Counted from the stretch's first letter, positions 1 to 9,973 are shown. The stretch is DNA of 32,000 nt from Pseudoalteromonas tetraodonis (GCF_002310835.1 NZ_CP011041.1:2610001-2642000), one strand, 5' to 3'. The notes: generated by a model not told the origin, from the letters alone. Program-made: numbers and translations.

Positions 1-910
1 CGCCTAATCCTGCTTGAGCCATCATTTTTAAATCATTTGCGCCATCACCAATGGCAACTGTTTGCGTTTTTTCAAGGCCTAGTTTTTGTTGAAGCGATTC
101 TAAAATAACCGCTTTTTGCTCAGCATCAACAATGCCTCCTAACACCTTACCTGTTAGTTTATCGTCTTTAAATTCCAATACATTGGCATGCACTTCATCT
201 AAATTAATTAACTCTTGTACACGCTCTGCAAACGGCACAAACCCGCCTGATGCAATGGCTAAATACCATTGGTGGTGCTTTAAAATTTGGCACAATGCTT
301 TAATACCCGGCATTAAAGGCAGTGCACTTTTTAGATCATCAATTAAGCTTTTTTCAATCCCTTTTAGCTTGGCAACGCGTTGGTTTAAACTCTCACTAAA
401 ATCAAGCTTACCTGCCATTGCCTGCGCGGTCACACTGGCAACCTCGTCATATACATTGGCTAAACGCGCAATTTCATCAATGCACTCAATAGTAATGGCT
501 GTTGAATCCATATCCATTACCAATAATCCTGGTTTTTTTAAATCAGGGGGATTGGTTACTTGCACTAACTGACACGTCAAGGTATTTGCAAAAGTTTGAA
601 GTTCAAGTGGGTTTATTGCCTGCTCTGTATTTTCTATATAAAAACATAATGCCGGAGATAACCCTAAATCTGGCTGGTATTGGCACATTGCTGTCACATT
701 TTGCTGATGAGTGGCAAAAAATTCAATCATGCTATTAATATGCGCCATACTAAAATCGCCTGCAAATGCGATACTAAAAAGCCCTCGTTCTCTGCTTGGA
801 ATTGTATTTAAAGGTGCAAATACGCCCTTTTGATAGCTGAACCATTTATTTAGGGTAAGTTGTGATAATGGTTGCTCAGCGCTGTGCTGTGCCATGTTCG
901 CGTTCGACAT
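1..910 (-). CDS. serB: phosphoserine phosphatase SerB; the C-terminus runs off the window edge
   Basis: My own minus-strand translation from ATG 910-908 (GGAGA 5 nt upstream) reads MSNANMAQHSAEQ...GLLVMDMDSTAITIECIDEIA...LAIASGGF...VAIGDGANDLKMMAQAGLG. It carries HAD motif I (DMDST) and the GDGAND motif. It is absent from the ORF track because it is open at position 1. It is divergent from ytjB, as in E. coli. Confidence 0.85.
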   Translation of the reverse strand, partial: MSNANMAQHSAEQPLSQLTLNKWFSYQKGVFAPLNTIPSRERGLFSIAFAGDFSMAHINSMIEFFATHQQNVTAMCQYQPDLGLSPALCFYIENTEQAINPLELQTFANTLTCQLVQVTNPPDLKKPGLLVMDMDSTAITIECIDEIARLANVYDEVASVTAQAMAGKLDFSESLNQRVAKLKGIEKSLIDDLKSALPLMPGIKALCQILKHHQWYLAIASGGFVPFAERVQELINLDEVHANVLEFKDDKLTGKVLGGIVDAEQKAVILESLQQKLGLEKTQTVAIGDGANDLKMMAQAGLG

Positions 911-1025
911 GGGATCTCCGTTTATATTTCCTGACATTTAGCGCATTGATGATAAGGATATAAGATACAAAATTCGCCATCAGGGTGGATTTAAGGTTAT
1001 AGTGTAGTTGTAACATCAAATCAAA

Positions 1026-1673
1026 ATGCTGTCAGCAGCATATACGGTGACTATGAAAAATAACCATCTTAAAAATCCACTTACAGCCTCGCAAAAAAAG
1101 CGTTTAGTCCGTTTGCTATTGGCCGCTGGCTGCTTTGTATTATTAAGCTGGGTGGGTATAAATAGTAGCTTTCAAAGTCATCAACTGCTTTACGATAATG
1201 CCAATAGCGCAGCTAAATCACTCACTCAGTTTATGGCACTGAATGCTAAAAATCCGCTGATAGAAAAAAACAAGCAGCAACTGACCACCTTATGCAACAA
1301 TATCAGTAAAGATGAATTTGTACTCTCGGCCACTATTTATGACAAACAAGGTGTGGTACTTGCGAGCAGCGATAATTGGCAATCGCATCATGTGTATGGC
1401 TTATTACCTGACTCATCACCGGGTATTAGTAGGTTAAAAACGCCTTTTGTTGAGCAAGTTATTTCAGACGACAACCGCCCTATTGGCTTTGTATCTATTA
1501 CCTATTTAACCCGTGCTGCGGTATCGGCTAGCCATAATCATTTTCATGATTTAGGTCGCCAAGTGCTACTTATGTTAGTGATTGCCTGTATTTTTACTTG
1601 GCAATTAGGCCGAGGATTAAAGCGCTGGCAAGTAAATCGTTATATACAAAAAACGTCTGAGCATGAATCATAA
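1026..1673 (+). CDS. ytjB: AhpA/YtjB (Smp) family membrane protein
   Basis: This 215-aa ORF has an N-terminal TM (LVRLLLAAGCFVLLSWVGI) and a C-terminal TM (VLLMLVIACIFTW). Its size, topology and divergent position next to serB match smp/ytjB. The start could instead be ATG 1053 (MKNNHL...). Its 3' end overlaps the convergent tatD-family gene by 34 nt. Confidence 0.6.
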   Translation: MLSAAYTVTMKNNHLKNPLTASQKKRLVRLLLAAGCFVLLSWVGINSSFQSHQLLYDNANSAAKSLTQFMALNAKNPLIEKNKQQLTTLCNNISKDEFVLSATIYDKQGVVLASSDNWQSHHVYGLLPDSSPGISRLKTPFVEQVISDDNRPIGFVSITYLTRAAVSASHNHFHDLGRQVLLMLVIACIFTWQLGRGLKRWQVNRYIQKTSEHES

Positions 1674-2407
1674 AGCTGCTCAGCTAATTGAAATTTATCG
1701 CTATTTGGTTTTAAACCATAAAGCGCATCAAATACGTTAGGAATATGCAGTGGGGTATTTACCTCCCCTTGATAGCCACTTAGCGGCATTGAAGGTGAGT
1801 CAGTTTCAAGCACTAAATGCTGCGGCTCAAGCTTTGCTATAACCGCACGTGTTTTAGCTGCACGCTCGTAAGTTATAACCCCACCGACTCCAAGTTTAAA
1901 ACCCTGCTTTATATAATAGTGCGCTTGTTGAATTGAGCCTGAAAAAGCATGGATCACACCGCCGTTTTTTGGCCTACAACGCTTAAACGACTGCGCAATT
2001 AAATCATGGCTTTGCCTGTGATGAACAATTAGCGGTAAATCAAGCTCATTAGCAAGCGCTATTTGCTGCTCAAACAAAAAGGTTTGTTTTTCAAGATTGG
2101 AAATACTGCGATCGAGCCCGCACTCACCAATAGCCACCAGCTGTGTTTTATTTGCTTTAGCAAAATTAAATAATGACTCTAAATGTGATTGTTGGTGTTG
2201 CTCTAAAAAATAAGGATGTAGCCCTGCCGCTATGCTGACTTGTGGGTAGGTTGCTTTAAACTCTAGTAGCTTTTGAGATTGCGCCAAGCTAATACCTGGC
2301 ACAATAAATTGGCTAACGCCCTTTGCTACACAGGCATTAATAAGTGATTCGCGGTTTGCATCAAACTCACTAAAATCAAGATGGCAATGCGAGTCTATAA
2401 ACTTCAA
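1640..2407 (-). CDS. TatD-family metal-dependent hydrolase (YjjV-like)
   Basis: This 255-aa ORF has the N-terminal FIDSHCHLDF motif, an AIGECGLD motif and conserved His residues (IVHHR, VIHAF). The start codon is TTG at 2407, 12 nt after the pdxH stop, so co-transcription is likely. Confidence 0.85.
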   Translation of the reverse strand: MKFIDSHCHLDFSEFDANRESLINACVAKGVSQFIVPGISLAQSQKLLEFKATYPQVSIAAGLHPYFLEQHQQSHLESLFNFAKANKTQLVAIGECGLDRSISNLEKQTFLFEQQIALANELDLPLIVHHRQSHDLIAQSFKRCRPKNGGVIHAFSGSIQQAHYYIKQGFKLGVGGVITYERAAKTRAVIAKLEPQHLVLETDSPSMPLSGYQGEVNTPLHIPNVFDALYGLKPNSDKFQLAEQLYDSCSDVFCI

Positions 2408-2419
2408 AAAACTAGCCCA

Positions 2420-3058
2420 CTACGGATTTAAGCGCGTTATTTGCCAGCTATTATCGGCCTGACGCTGATACATAAAGCGATCATGTAGACGATGAGCTCC
2501 GCCTTGCCAAAACTCGATTTTTTGCGGCACAACACAATATCCGCCCCAAAAATCAGGGAGTGGTATTTCACCTTTGGCAAACTTGTTTTTCATATTGGCA
2601 AAGGTTTCCATTAACACTTTGCGCGACGACACCGGGCGGCTTTGTTGCGACGCCCAAGCGGCTAATTGACTTTCTTTTGGACGTGATAAAAAGTACTTAG
2701 CCACGGCAGACGTTGGAAGCGGCTGCGCCTCACCATATACAATTACTTGGCGCTCCATGTGGTGCCATGGAAAGTGCAAGGAAATTTTATTATTGCCTTT
2801 AAGCTCTTGTGCTTTTCGTGAACCGGTATTAGTAAAAAACACAAAACCGTTATCATCTAAATGCTTTAGCAGCACAATACGCTGTGAAGGCTGACCGGTG
2901 TCATCAACCGTAGCGACCACCATTGCTGTAGGGTCGGGCAAATTACTGGCAACAGCGTGCTCAAGCCAGGTTTCAAACTGCTTAAACGGATCATCAAGCA
3001 AGTTGTCTTCACTAAGCGCATCTTGCAGGTATTCACGACGAATATCTTCGAGTTTCAT
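2420..3058 (-). CDS. pdxH: pyridoxamine/pyridoxine 5'-phosphate oxidase
   Basis: This 212-aa ORF has a C-terminus (...[19 protein letters not shown]...WQITRLNP) that matches the PdxH signature closely. AAGGA lies 8 nt upstream of the ATG. Confidence 0.9.
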   Translation of the reverse strand: MKLEDIRREYLQDALSEDNLLDDPFKQFETWLEHAVASNLPDPTAMVVATVDDTGQPSQRIVLLKHLDDNGFVFFTNTGSRKAQELKGNNKISLHFPWHHMERQVIVYGEAQPLPTSAVAKYFLSRPKESQLAAWASQQSRPVSSRKVLMETFANMKNKFAKGEIPLPDFWGGYCVVPQKIEFWQGGAHRLHDRFMYQRQADNSWQITRLNP

Positions 3059-3075
3059 ATCAAATCCTTCTAAAG

Positions 3076-3157
3076 AGCTATCAGCTATCAGCTATCAGCT
3101 ATCAGCTATCAGCTATCAGCTATCAGCTATCAGCTATCAGCTATCAGCTATCAGCTA
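3076..3157. repeat. perfect heptanucleotide microsatellite (AGCTATC) x11 plus a 5-nt partial unit
   Basis: Counted directly: units start at 3076, 3083, ... 3146, and the partial AGCTA is at 3153-3157. There are no interruptions. The tract ends 17 nt upstream of the pdxH ATG. Confidence 0.98.
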
Positions 3158-3159
3158 CA

Positions 3160-3188
3160 AAATTGGTGAACATACCGAACAGTGTCAA
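3160..3188 (-). promoter_or_regulatory. candidate sigma70 promoter for pdxH
   Basis: On the minus strand there is a perfect -35 TTGACA (3188-3183), a 17-nt spacer and a weak -10 CAATTT (3165-3160). The predicted transcription start would fall in the first heptamer units. Confidence 0.3.
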
Positions 3189-3217
3189 TATAAATCTAAC
3201 ACCTAAACCTAAAATTA

Positions 3218-3339
3218 TCTGTAAGTCTAGGAGTGCTAGCAAGGCGGTAAAACTATTTATGCATAGGAGCATACGGTTTGTATGTGACTTAGGCTAAATA
3301 GTTTTACCAACGCAGCTAAAGCGAACTACACGCAGCAGA
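3218..3339. repeat. structured intergenic repeat of about 122 bp, copy A
   Basis: It aligns end to end with copy C (3448-3570). The conserved ends are TCTG(T/C)AAGT.TAG.AGTGCT and AAAGCGAACTACACGCAGCAGA. The conserved core is GGAGCATACG(G/T)TTTGTATGTGACTTAGGCTAA. An internal 14-bp perfect stem pairs GGTAAAACTATTTA (3246-3259) with TAAATAGTTTTACC (3295-3308). Confidence 0.85.
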
Positions 3340-3447
3340 CGTTCACCTAAGTAGTTTAGTCTAAGATAAGGCGGACACTCGACTTATCCCTATGAGCATG
3401 CGTAGTTGTATGTGATTAGGGTCAACTATTTAGTGCCAAGCTTCGCA
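3340..3447. repeat. degenerate, truncated middle copy B of the same repeat
   Basis: It shares TAAGGCGG ... CTATGAGCATGCGTAGTTGTATGTGATTAGGG ... CCAAGC with the core of copies A and C. The outer arms are shortened. Confidence 0.55.
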
Positions 3448-3570
3448 TCTGCAAGTGTAGAAGTGCTGACAAGGCGAAGTGCTTTTTTATGCCAAGGAGC
3501 ATACGTTTTTGTATGTGACTTAGGCTAAAAAAGCACGACAACGCAGTCAAAGCGAACTACACGCAGCAGA
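3448..3570. repeat. structured intergenic repeat of about 123 bp, copy C
   Basis: It has the same ends and core as copy A. The internal stem is replaced by a different complementary pair, GTGCTTTTTT (3479-3488) with AAAAAAGCAC (3527-3536). The copy ends exactly at the argS stop codon (3571-3573). Confidence 0.85.
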
Positions 3571-5313
3571 TTACATTTGCTCCATGACTTCGATGCCTAA
3601 CAGATCTAAACCCGTTTTTAACGTATCTGCCACTAAATTACACAACACTAAACGGCTATCACGAACACTTGGCTCTACGCCCTCTTTAAGTACTGGGCAA
3701 GCTTCATAGAATGTCATGTATAAACTAGCTAGTTCGTATAAATAACCACATAATACGTGCGGTGTGGCTTCATTGATCATCAGATCAAGAACTTCTTCTA
3801 ACTGTAATAATTTAAGCGCGAGGGTTTTCTCTTGCGGCTCAATAATACTTACATCGGCTTTTAAGCTTGCAGCATCAACGCCAGACTTACGGAAAATACT
3901 GCGAACACGCGTATAAGCATATTGTAAGTAAGGGGCTGTTGCGCCTTCAAAACTTAGCATACTGTCCCAGTTGAAAATGTAATCGCTGGTACGGTGCTTA
4001 GAAAGATCTGCGTATTTAACCGCGCCAATACCCACTTTACGTGCAATTTCACTACGATCTTCGTCAGATAAATCTGATTCACGCTCAGCGAGTTTGGCTG
4101 CTGCACGAGTAATTGACTCTTCAAGTAAATCAGCTAATTTTACCGTGCCGCCTGTACGAGTTTTAAATGGTTTGCCATCAGCGCCCATCATGGTGCCAAA
4201 TGGGCAAAATTCGTAACTGGTTTCATCGCGTAATAAACCAGCTTTACGCGCAGTAAGCTCCACTTGATTAAAGTGAAGGCTCTGGCGCGCATCAACAAAA
4301 ATTAAAATACGCTCAGCGCCTAGCTTGTTTGAACGGTAATCACACGCCGCTAAATCAGTGGTTGCATATAAGAAGCCGCCACCTGATTTTTGCACGATAA
4401 ACGCTGAAGGCTCACCGTCTTTATTTGCCAGCTCATCTAAAAATACCACTTGTGCGCCTTGCGACTCTACTGCGATATTTTTATCTTTTAATAAGCTAAT
4501 AATATCGTTAAGTTCACTGTTATAAGCACTTTCAGCCATAATGTCGGCAGGTGTCAGTGTAACATTTAAACGCTTGTATACTTCTTCAGAATGCTTAACT
4601 GAAGTGGCAATAAATAGTTTCCACAGTTTTTCACAATGTGCGTCGCCACCTTGCAGTTTAACTACGTAGTTACGCGCTTTATCGGCAAAGCCTTCTTCGT
4701 CGTCAAAACGCTTTTTCGCATCGCGGTAAAAGGTTTCTAAATCAGCAAGCGCAACAGTATCTAAATCAACACCTTGGTTAATTTGATCTTCTAAATGCGC
4801 AATTAGCATACCAAACTGTGTGCCCCAATCACCCATGTGATTTTGACGTACAACGGTATCGCCTCTAAATTCAAGCGCACGTACTACGGCATCACCAATA
4901 ATAGTTGAGCGTAAGTGACCTACGTGCATTTCTTTTGCAAGGTTAGGCGATGAGTAATCAACCACTACTTTTTGTGGTTTGGCGTGCTCATTTACGGCAA
5001 GTTTTGCGTGGTTATTAGCAGCTTGTACGCTTTGAGCTAAAAACTCCGGCTTTAAGTGAATATTAATAAAACCAGGGCCAGCAATTTCCGTTTTTTCGGC
5101 AATGTCGCTTACATCTAACTGATCAATAATTTTTTGCGCCAATTCACGCGGGTTACTTTTCATTTTTTTAGCTGCGCCCATCGCGCCATTAATTTGGTAA
5201 TCACCAAACTGTGGGCGAGTGCTTTGGGTAACCGCTGGGTTAGTATCTTCTGGTAGGCCTGCGGCGGTCATAGCGGCAATGGCTTTTTCTACTAAAATAG
5301 TACGAATATTCAT
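3571..5313 (-). CDS. argS: arginine--tRNA ligase
   Basis: This 580-aa ORF has the class I motif region [22 protein letters not shown] and full-length collinearity with ArgS as I remember it. Confidence 0.95.
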   Translation of the reverse strand: MNIRTILVEKAIAAMTAAGLPEDTNPAVTQSTRPQFGDYQINGAMGAAKKMKSNPRELAQKIIDQLDVSDIAEKTEIAGPGFINIHLKPEFLAQSVQAANNHAKLAVNEHAKPQKVVVDYSSPNLAKEMHVGHLRSTIIGDAVVRALEFRGDTVVRQNHMGDWGTQFGMLIAHLEDQINQGVDLDTVALADLETFYRDAKKRFDDEEGFADKARNYVVKLQGGDAHCEKLWKLFIATSVKHSEEVYKRLNVTLTPADIMAESAYNSELNDIISLLKDKNIAVESQGAQVVFLDELANKDGEPSAFIVQKSGGGFLYATTDLAACDYRSNKLGAERILIFVDARQSLHFNQVELTARKAGLLRDETSYEFCPFGTMMGADGKPFKTRTGGTVKLADLLEESITRAAAKLAERESDLSDEDRSEIARKVGIGAVKYADLSKHRTSDYIFNWDSMLSFEGATAPYLQYAYTRVRSIFRKSGVDAASLKADVSIIEPQEKTLALKLLQLEEVLDLMINEATPHVLCGYLYELASLYMTFYEACPVLKEGVEPSVRDSRLVLCNLVADTLKTGLDLLGIEVMEQM

Positions 5314-5375
5314 AATATTATTTACCTTTATAAGCCCGCCAAAGCAGGCTTTGTGTTAATTCTAGAGGCTAAGTG

Positions 5376-6965
5376 CTAGTTTTCACGCGTGTGATTAAAT
5401 GTCACTTCAGGGTAACGCTCTGTCGACAAGTTAAGATTTACACGACTCGGCGCGATGTAAGTTAAATTATCGCCACCATCAAGTGCTAAGTTGCTTTCGC
5501 ACTTACGTTTAAATTCTTCAAACTTTTTAACATCATCACAGCTAACCCAACGGGCTGTATTTACATTCACGCTTTCGTAAATTGCATCAACGTTATATTC
5601 AGCTTTTAAACGCGCTACCACCACGTCAAACTGCAACACACCTACCGCACCTACAATTAAGTCATTATTAATTAATGGTCTGAATACTTGTACTGCGCCC
5701 TCTTCTGAAAGCTGTACCAATCCTTTTAATAGCTGTTTTTGTTTTAATGGATCGCGCAGACGAATACGGCGGAATAATTCAGGGGCGAAGTTTGGAATAC
5801 CGCTGAACTTAATTTTTTCGCCTTGGGTAAAGGTATCACCAATTTGAATCGTACCGTGGTTATGTAAACCAATAATATCACCAGCGTAAGCATCAGCTGC
5901 ACGCTCACGATCGCCCGCCATAAAGGTTACCGCATCAGAAATACTCACTTGTTTACCTATACGCACATGATTCATTTTCATGCCTTGGCTGTATTTACCC
6001 GATACAATACGCATAAAGGCAATACGGTCACGGTGTTTTGGATCCATGTTGGCCTGAATTTTAAATACAAACCCAGTGAAGTTTTCTTCTGTGGCTACAA
6101 CTTGGCGGTCTTCTGTTTCACGAGGTAAAGGCGTTGGCGCCCATTCAGTCAGTCCATCTAGAACATGATCTACACCAAAGTTACCAAGTGCAGTACCAAA
6201 GTATACAGGCGATAACTCACCCGCTAAGAACAGATCTAAATCAAACTCGTGTGATGCACCAATAACCAGCTCTAACTCGTCACGTAACTGAGCTGCAAGT
6301 TCATCACCAATCGCTTGGTCAAGCTCTGGGTTATCAAGTCCTTTAATGCTACGCACTTCTTGAATAGTATGGCCTTGGCCTGTTTTGTATAAAATAGTTT
6401 CTTCGTTATGGATATGGTAAACACCTTTAAATTCTTTACCACAGCCAATTGGCCACGTAATAGGTGCACAAGCAATATTTAGCTCTGTTTCTACTTCGTC
6501 AAGTAGTTCCATTGGGTCGCGAATATCACGGTCACATTTATTCATAAAGGTAACAATCGGCGTAGTGCGCAGGCGTGTTACTTCCATTAACTTACGGGTA
6601 CGTTCTTCTACACCTTTGGCGGCATCTATCACCATTAAACACGAATCTACCGCGGTTAGTGTACGGTAAGTATCTTCAGAGAAGTCTTCGTGTCCTGGGG
6701 TATCAAGTAAATTAACTAACGCATTGTTATATGGAAATTGCATTACTGAGGTAGTCACAGAAATACCACGCTCTTTTTCCATTTCCATCCAATCAGACTT
6801 AGCATGCTGATTAGAGCCACGCCCTTTTACTGTTCCGGCTTTTTGAATTGCTTGTCCGAATAACAATACTTTTTCTGTGATAGTGGTTTTACCCGCATCC
6901 GGATGCGAGATGATCGCAAAGGTACGGCGTTTATTAATTTCGCTAAGGAGATTTTGGTCTGCCAT
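5376..6965 (-). CDS. prfC: peptide chain release factor 3 (GTPase)
   Basis: This 529-aa ORF has G1 [13 protein letters not shown]3 DTPGHEDF and NKCDR motifs, and RF3-like length and C-terminal domains. Confidence 0.95.
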   Translation of the reverse strand: MADQNLLSEINKRRTFAIISHPDAGKTTITEKVLLFGQAIQKAGTVKGRGSNQHAKSDWMEMEKERGISVTTSVMQFPYNNALVNLLDTPGHEDFSEDTYRTLTAVDSCLMVIDAAKGVEERTRKLMEVTRLRTTPIVTFMNKCDRDIRDPMELLDEVETELNIACAPITWPIGCGKEFKGVYHIHNEETILYKTGQGHTIQEVRSIKGLDNPELDQAIGDELAAQLRDELELVIGASHEFDLDLFLAGELSPVYFGTALGNFGVDHVLDGLTEWAPTPLPRETEDRQVVATEENFTGFVFKIQANMDPKHRDRIAFMRIVSGKYSQGMKMNHVRIGKQVSISDAVTFMAGDRERAADAYAGDIIGLHNHGTIQIGDTFTQGEKIKFSGIPNFAPELFRRIRLRDPLKQKQLLKGLVQLSEEGAVQVFRPLINNDLIVGAVGVLQFDVVVARLKAEYNVDAIYESVNVNTARWVSCDDVKKFEEFKRKCESNLALDGGDNLTYIAPSRVNLNLSTERYPEVTFNHTREN

Positions 6966-7312
6966 TAAAAAGGTTCTTTTAGTTGATATACGGATGTATT
7001 TGTATTTTAGTATGCTGAGCTTTCAAGGCTAAAAACAAGCAAACCTAGAAAGCGCAACATACCCCAACAAGAACCCAAATTAGCTCTTGTGACGCTATCC
7101 GTTAAGTTAATCGTAATTGAAGACTATTTTCGCTGATCTTGGCTTTATAAACAATCAATGGTTGGTTATTAACGGATCTTTTTTAAGTTTGGTGTTTTCA
7201 GCGATTATTAACAATAACGCTATAAATTGCCCACTAACTTAACACCAAGCTTGAGTAATGGTTCTGTAAATCATATTATTGTTCGATTACATGGAGGATT
7301 TGATGTTGGGTA

Positions 7313-9970
7313 ATGAAAACCAGTAAGCTAAGTATTCGATTATTATGGTATATAACTCCACTGGTTATACTGCCGTTGTTATTTTTAGGTGGGTTTACGC
7401 TCACTAATGTAACTAACTCTACGCAAAAACAAGCCGACCTGATCATGAGTCGCTTTGTAGAGCAGCAACAACAAAAAGTATTCAACTATATAGACTCTTT
7501 TCATGCAACGGCGAAGTTACTCTCTGCCTCACCCGTACTGAGTGACTTTTTAGCTAAAGATTTATTTGAAGACGCCAGCTATACCTATCGCCTTGGCGCG
7601 TTAATGGATGTATTTGCCAGTTACAGTGAAGCCTACCCTGATATTATTAGTATTAATTTAGTCTCAAAAACCGGTGAAAGTGATGCCTATTACTCCAGTA
7701 ATTTAACTGTCGCGCCAAAGTCTTATCCGTTTTTTGACCAAGTCATACAAAGCAATTTAAGCCAGCAGCAGTTTATGGTGCAAAAAGAAGACGGCACCAC
7801 CAACTTATATTTTGTGCAACGCATATACAGCGTTGACTACTATTTAAAACGCCCACAACAACTTGGTTTTATTGTCCTTAAGGTCGACCCTTCAATTTTA
7901 AACACCAGTATTTTAGAAGCCCCTTATAACAACACCTTAAATTTACTGCTCGCCAATGATGGTAAAATTTTATTTAGCTCTGATTACAAAATGCGTGGCC
8001 ACTATGTTAGTGAGTATGAACTTAATAAAATTAATGACCTAGCTGATATTGGCAGCTTATCAACCATTGAGCTTTCGAGCGTTGATAAAATAGAACGATT
8101 GATTTTTGCAGCCCAAATGAGTGGCGGCTACTATTATGTGTCGACCATTCCTAAAGCGGTACTGTATCAATCAGGTAAAGCAATTAGTGTTATCACTGGG
8201 CTAATTGTAATTATTTCTGTGATCACCCTACCGATCTTAATTTTTATTGTGGTGCGCAATTTACTGCTTAACCCAATTGAATTACTAGGTGAAGCAAGTC
8301 ATCGCGTTGGTGATGGCGATCTTTCAGTCACGCTTCCCGCTTATACTACCGATGAGGTAGGCATACTGTTTAACGATTTTAATCACATGATTAACCAAAT
8401 TAAGCACTACCAAGAGCAGCTAGAAGAATATAAGCATCATTTAGAAGATAAAGTAGAGAGTCGTACTAAGGCACTTGAATCAATGAATAGTAAGCTTGAA
8501 ACAGCCATCGCTCAAGCAGAGCAAGCAAACCAGCTTAAGAGTCGTTTTTTAGCCAATATGAGCCATGAAATTCGCACTCCGCTCACTGCTATTATGGGTT
8601 TTACCGAGCAACTACTGCATAGCGATAAGAAAACAAACGATAAACATCATTTAGGCACTATTCTTCGTAATTCAAAACATTTATTAGAGCTTATTAATAA
8701 CATCCTCGATTTATCAAAAATTGAAGCCGAAAAACTCGCTGTTGAGCAAACACCATTAAATGTTGTGCAGCTTATTCATGATGTTGAATCAATCATTAAA
8801 CCTTTAGCACAAGAGAAACAGCTTTCATTTACAATTAATTATTCGCTACCATTACCACATACCATAAATAGTGACGTTACTCGTTTAAAACAAATACTGA
8901 TTAATATTGCCAGTAACGCAGTTAAATTTACTGAGCAAGGCCAAGTAACAATTACGGCAAAGTTTCAAGCACCAAAAATTCTTACATTTATAGTTGAAGA
9001 TACCGGTATAGGCATGTCGGCAAACCAAATAAGTCGATTATTTACGCCATTTGAACAAGCTGATGCCACAACCACACGCCGATTTGGAGGTACAGGATTA
9101 GGGCTATGTATTTCAAAAAATTTGGCTCAGCTGCTCGGTGGCGATGTCAGCGTAACCAGTGAAGTGGGTGTGGGTAGTTGTTTTACTATCGATATAGATT
9201 GTCATTTAGGTAATGGGCTTAGTAGTAACCTGCTTTTGACTGAACACTCTCAGCTATCACCCGAAAAAGACCCGCAACTTTCTTTTGCAACCAATAACTT
9301 TGATGCGCATATTTTAGTGGCAGAAGATAACCCCGATAATCAGTTGCTGATAAAATTACTCCTTCAAACATGGGGGTTAGAGCCTGATATAGCCAATAAT
9401 GGCGCACAAGCAGTAGAAATGGCACTAGTGAACGACTACCAGCTTATAATCATGGATATGCAAATGCCGGTTATGGGCGGCTTAGAAGCAACTAAAATGC
9501 TCAGAGATGCCGCCTACGATGGCCCAATTATCGCCCTAACCGCAAATGTCATGAACCATGATATAGATACTTACCTTGAAGCAGGCTGTAACAAAGCGCT
9601 TGGTAAACCCATTGATAAAGACGCACTAGAAAATGTATTAGTCAGCTATTTACACCTTGAACGCGATAATCAAAATAAGTGGGATAGCTTATTAAAAAGT
9701 GAGAAATTTCAGCAAATAAATGCTAATTATTTGGCAAGTTTACCTGATTACTTAAAGCAGATAAAAACCCTTTATAACAACCAAGATTGCGAAACACTAC
9801 GCGCACTTGCCCACAGCATTAAGGGCAGTGCCGGTTGTTTTAACTTTGATGATATTTACCATAGCGCATCAGCGCTTGAGCAAAGTTTAAAAGGCAATGA
9901 TATGACTCAAAGAGAAAAACGCGTTTTAGAACTCATTACAGCAATAGAACAAGCCATCGCTAATAAGTAA
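7313..9970 (+). CDS. tripartite hybrid sensor histidine kinase (TM, Cache-like periplasmic domain, TM, HAMP, HisKA, HATPase, REC, HPt)
   Basis: This 885-aa ORF has two TM segments flanking a periplasmic region of about 250 aa. It has the H-box SHEIRTPLTAIMGF, an N-box NIASNAVKFT, G-boxes DTGIGM and GGTGLGL, a receiver region ILVAEDNPDNQ...IIMDMQMPVMGG and an HPt motif HSIKGSAG. Confidence 0.9.
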   Translation: MKTSKLSIRLLWYITPLVILPLLFLGGFTLTNVTNSTQKQADLIMSRFVEQQQQKVFNYIDSFHATAKLLSASPVLSDFLAKDLFEDASYTYRLGALMDVFASYSEAYPDIISINLVSKTGESDAYYSSNLTVAPKSYPFFDQVIQSNLSQQQFMVQKEDGTTNLYFVQRIYSVDYYLKRPQQLGFIVLKVDPSILNTSILEAPYNNTLNLLLANDGKILFSSDYKMRGHYVSEYELNKINDLADIGSLSTIELSSVDKIERLIFAAQMSGGYYYVSTIPKAVLYQSGKAISVITGLIVIISVITLPILIFIVVRNLLLNPIELLGEASHRVGDGDLSVTLPAYTTDEVGILFNDFNHMINQIKHYQEQLEEYKHHLEDKVESRTKALESMNSKLETAIAQAEQANQLKSRFLANMSHEIRTPLTAIMGFTEQLLHSDKKTNDKHHLGTILRNSKHLLELINNILDLSKIEAEKLAVEQTPLNVVQLIHDVESIIKPLAQEKQLSFTINYSLPLPHTINSDVTRLKQILINIASNAVKFTEQGQVTITAKFQAPKILTFIVEDTGIGMSANQISRLFTPFEQADATTTRRFGGTGLGLCISKNLAQLLGGDVSVTSEVGVGSCFTIDIDCHLGNGLSSNLLLTEHSQLSPEKDPQLSFATNNFDAHILVAEDNPDNQLLIKLLLQTWGLEPDIANNGAQAVEMALVNDYQLIIMDMQMPVMGGLEATKMLRDAAYDGPIIALTANVMNHDIDTYLEAGCNKALGKPIDKDALENVLVSYLHLERDNQNKWDSLLKSEKFQQINANYLASLPDYLKQIKTLYNNQDCETLRALAHSIKGSAGCFNFDDIYHSASALEQSLKGNDMTQREKRVLELITAIEQAIANK

Positions 9971-9973
9971 TCA

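Noticed and set aside
132-738. Plus-strand ORFs 132..572 and 502..738 in the track
   Set aside because: They lie antisense to, or in the shadow of, the clearly recognisable serB reading frame on the minus strand (1-910). Their sequences are low-complexity and have no motifs.
1640-1673. 34-nt overlap of the convergent ytjB and tatD-family 3' ends
   Set aside because: Short convergent overlaps are common. No additional signal such as a hairpin or repeat was seen there.
2898-3206. 102-aa plus-strand ORF encoding (LSAISYQ)n
   Set aside because: It is an artefact of reading through the 7-bp microsatellite and antisense to the pdxH 5' end. It has no RBS and a non-ATG start.
3218-3570. Possibility that the tandem repeats form a CRISPR array
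   Set aside because: The units are about 122 bp, directly abutting and internally hairpinned. There is no alternation of short repeats with unique spacers, and no cas genes are present.
5332-5351. Hairpin AAGCCCGC-caaa-GCAGGCTT between the prfC stop and the argS start as a terminator
   Set aside because: The stem matches at 7/8 positions and is followed on the coding strand by ATAAAGG rather than a U-run. It sits right before the argS RBS. It is more likely a minor mRNA structure, and the evidence is insufficient to call it a feature.
6272-6475. Nested alternative-frame ORFs inside prfC, the kinase gene, the LysR gene, guaA, guaB, xseA, cysE and the M16 gene (e.g. 6272..6475, 9219..9425, 11311..11559, 22070..22309, 23467..23718, 30187..30474)
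   Set aside because: All are contained within well-supported longer genes and lack independent start signals or recognisable motifs.
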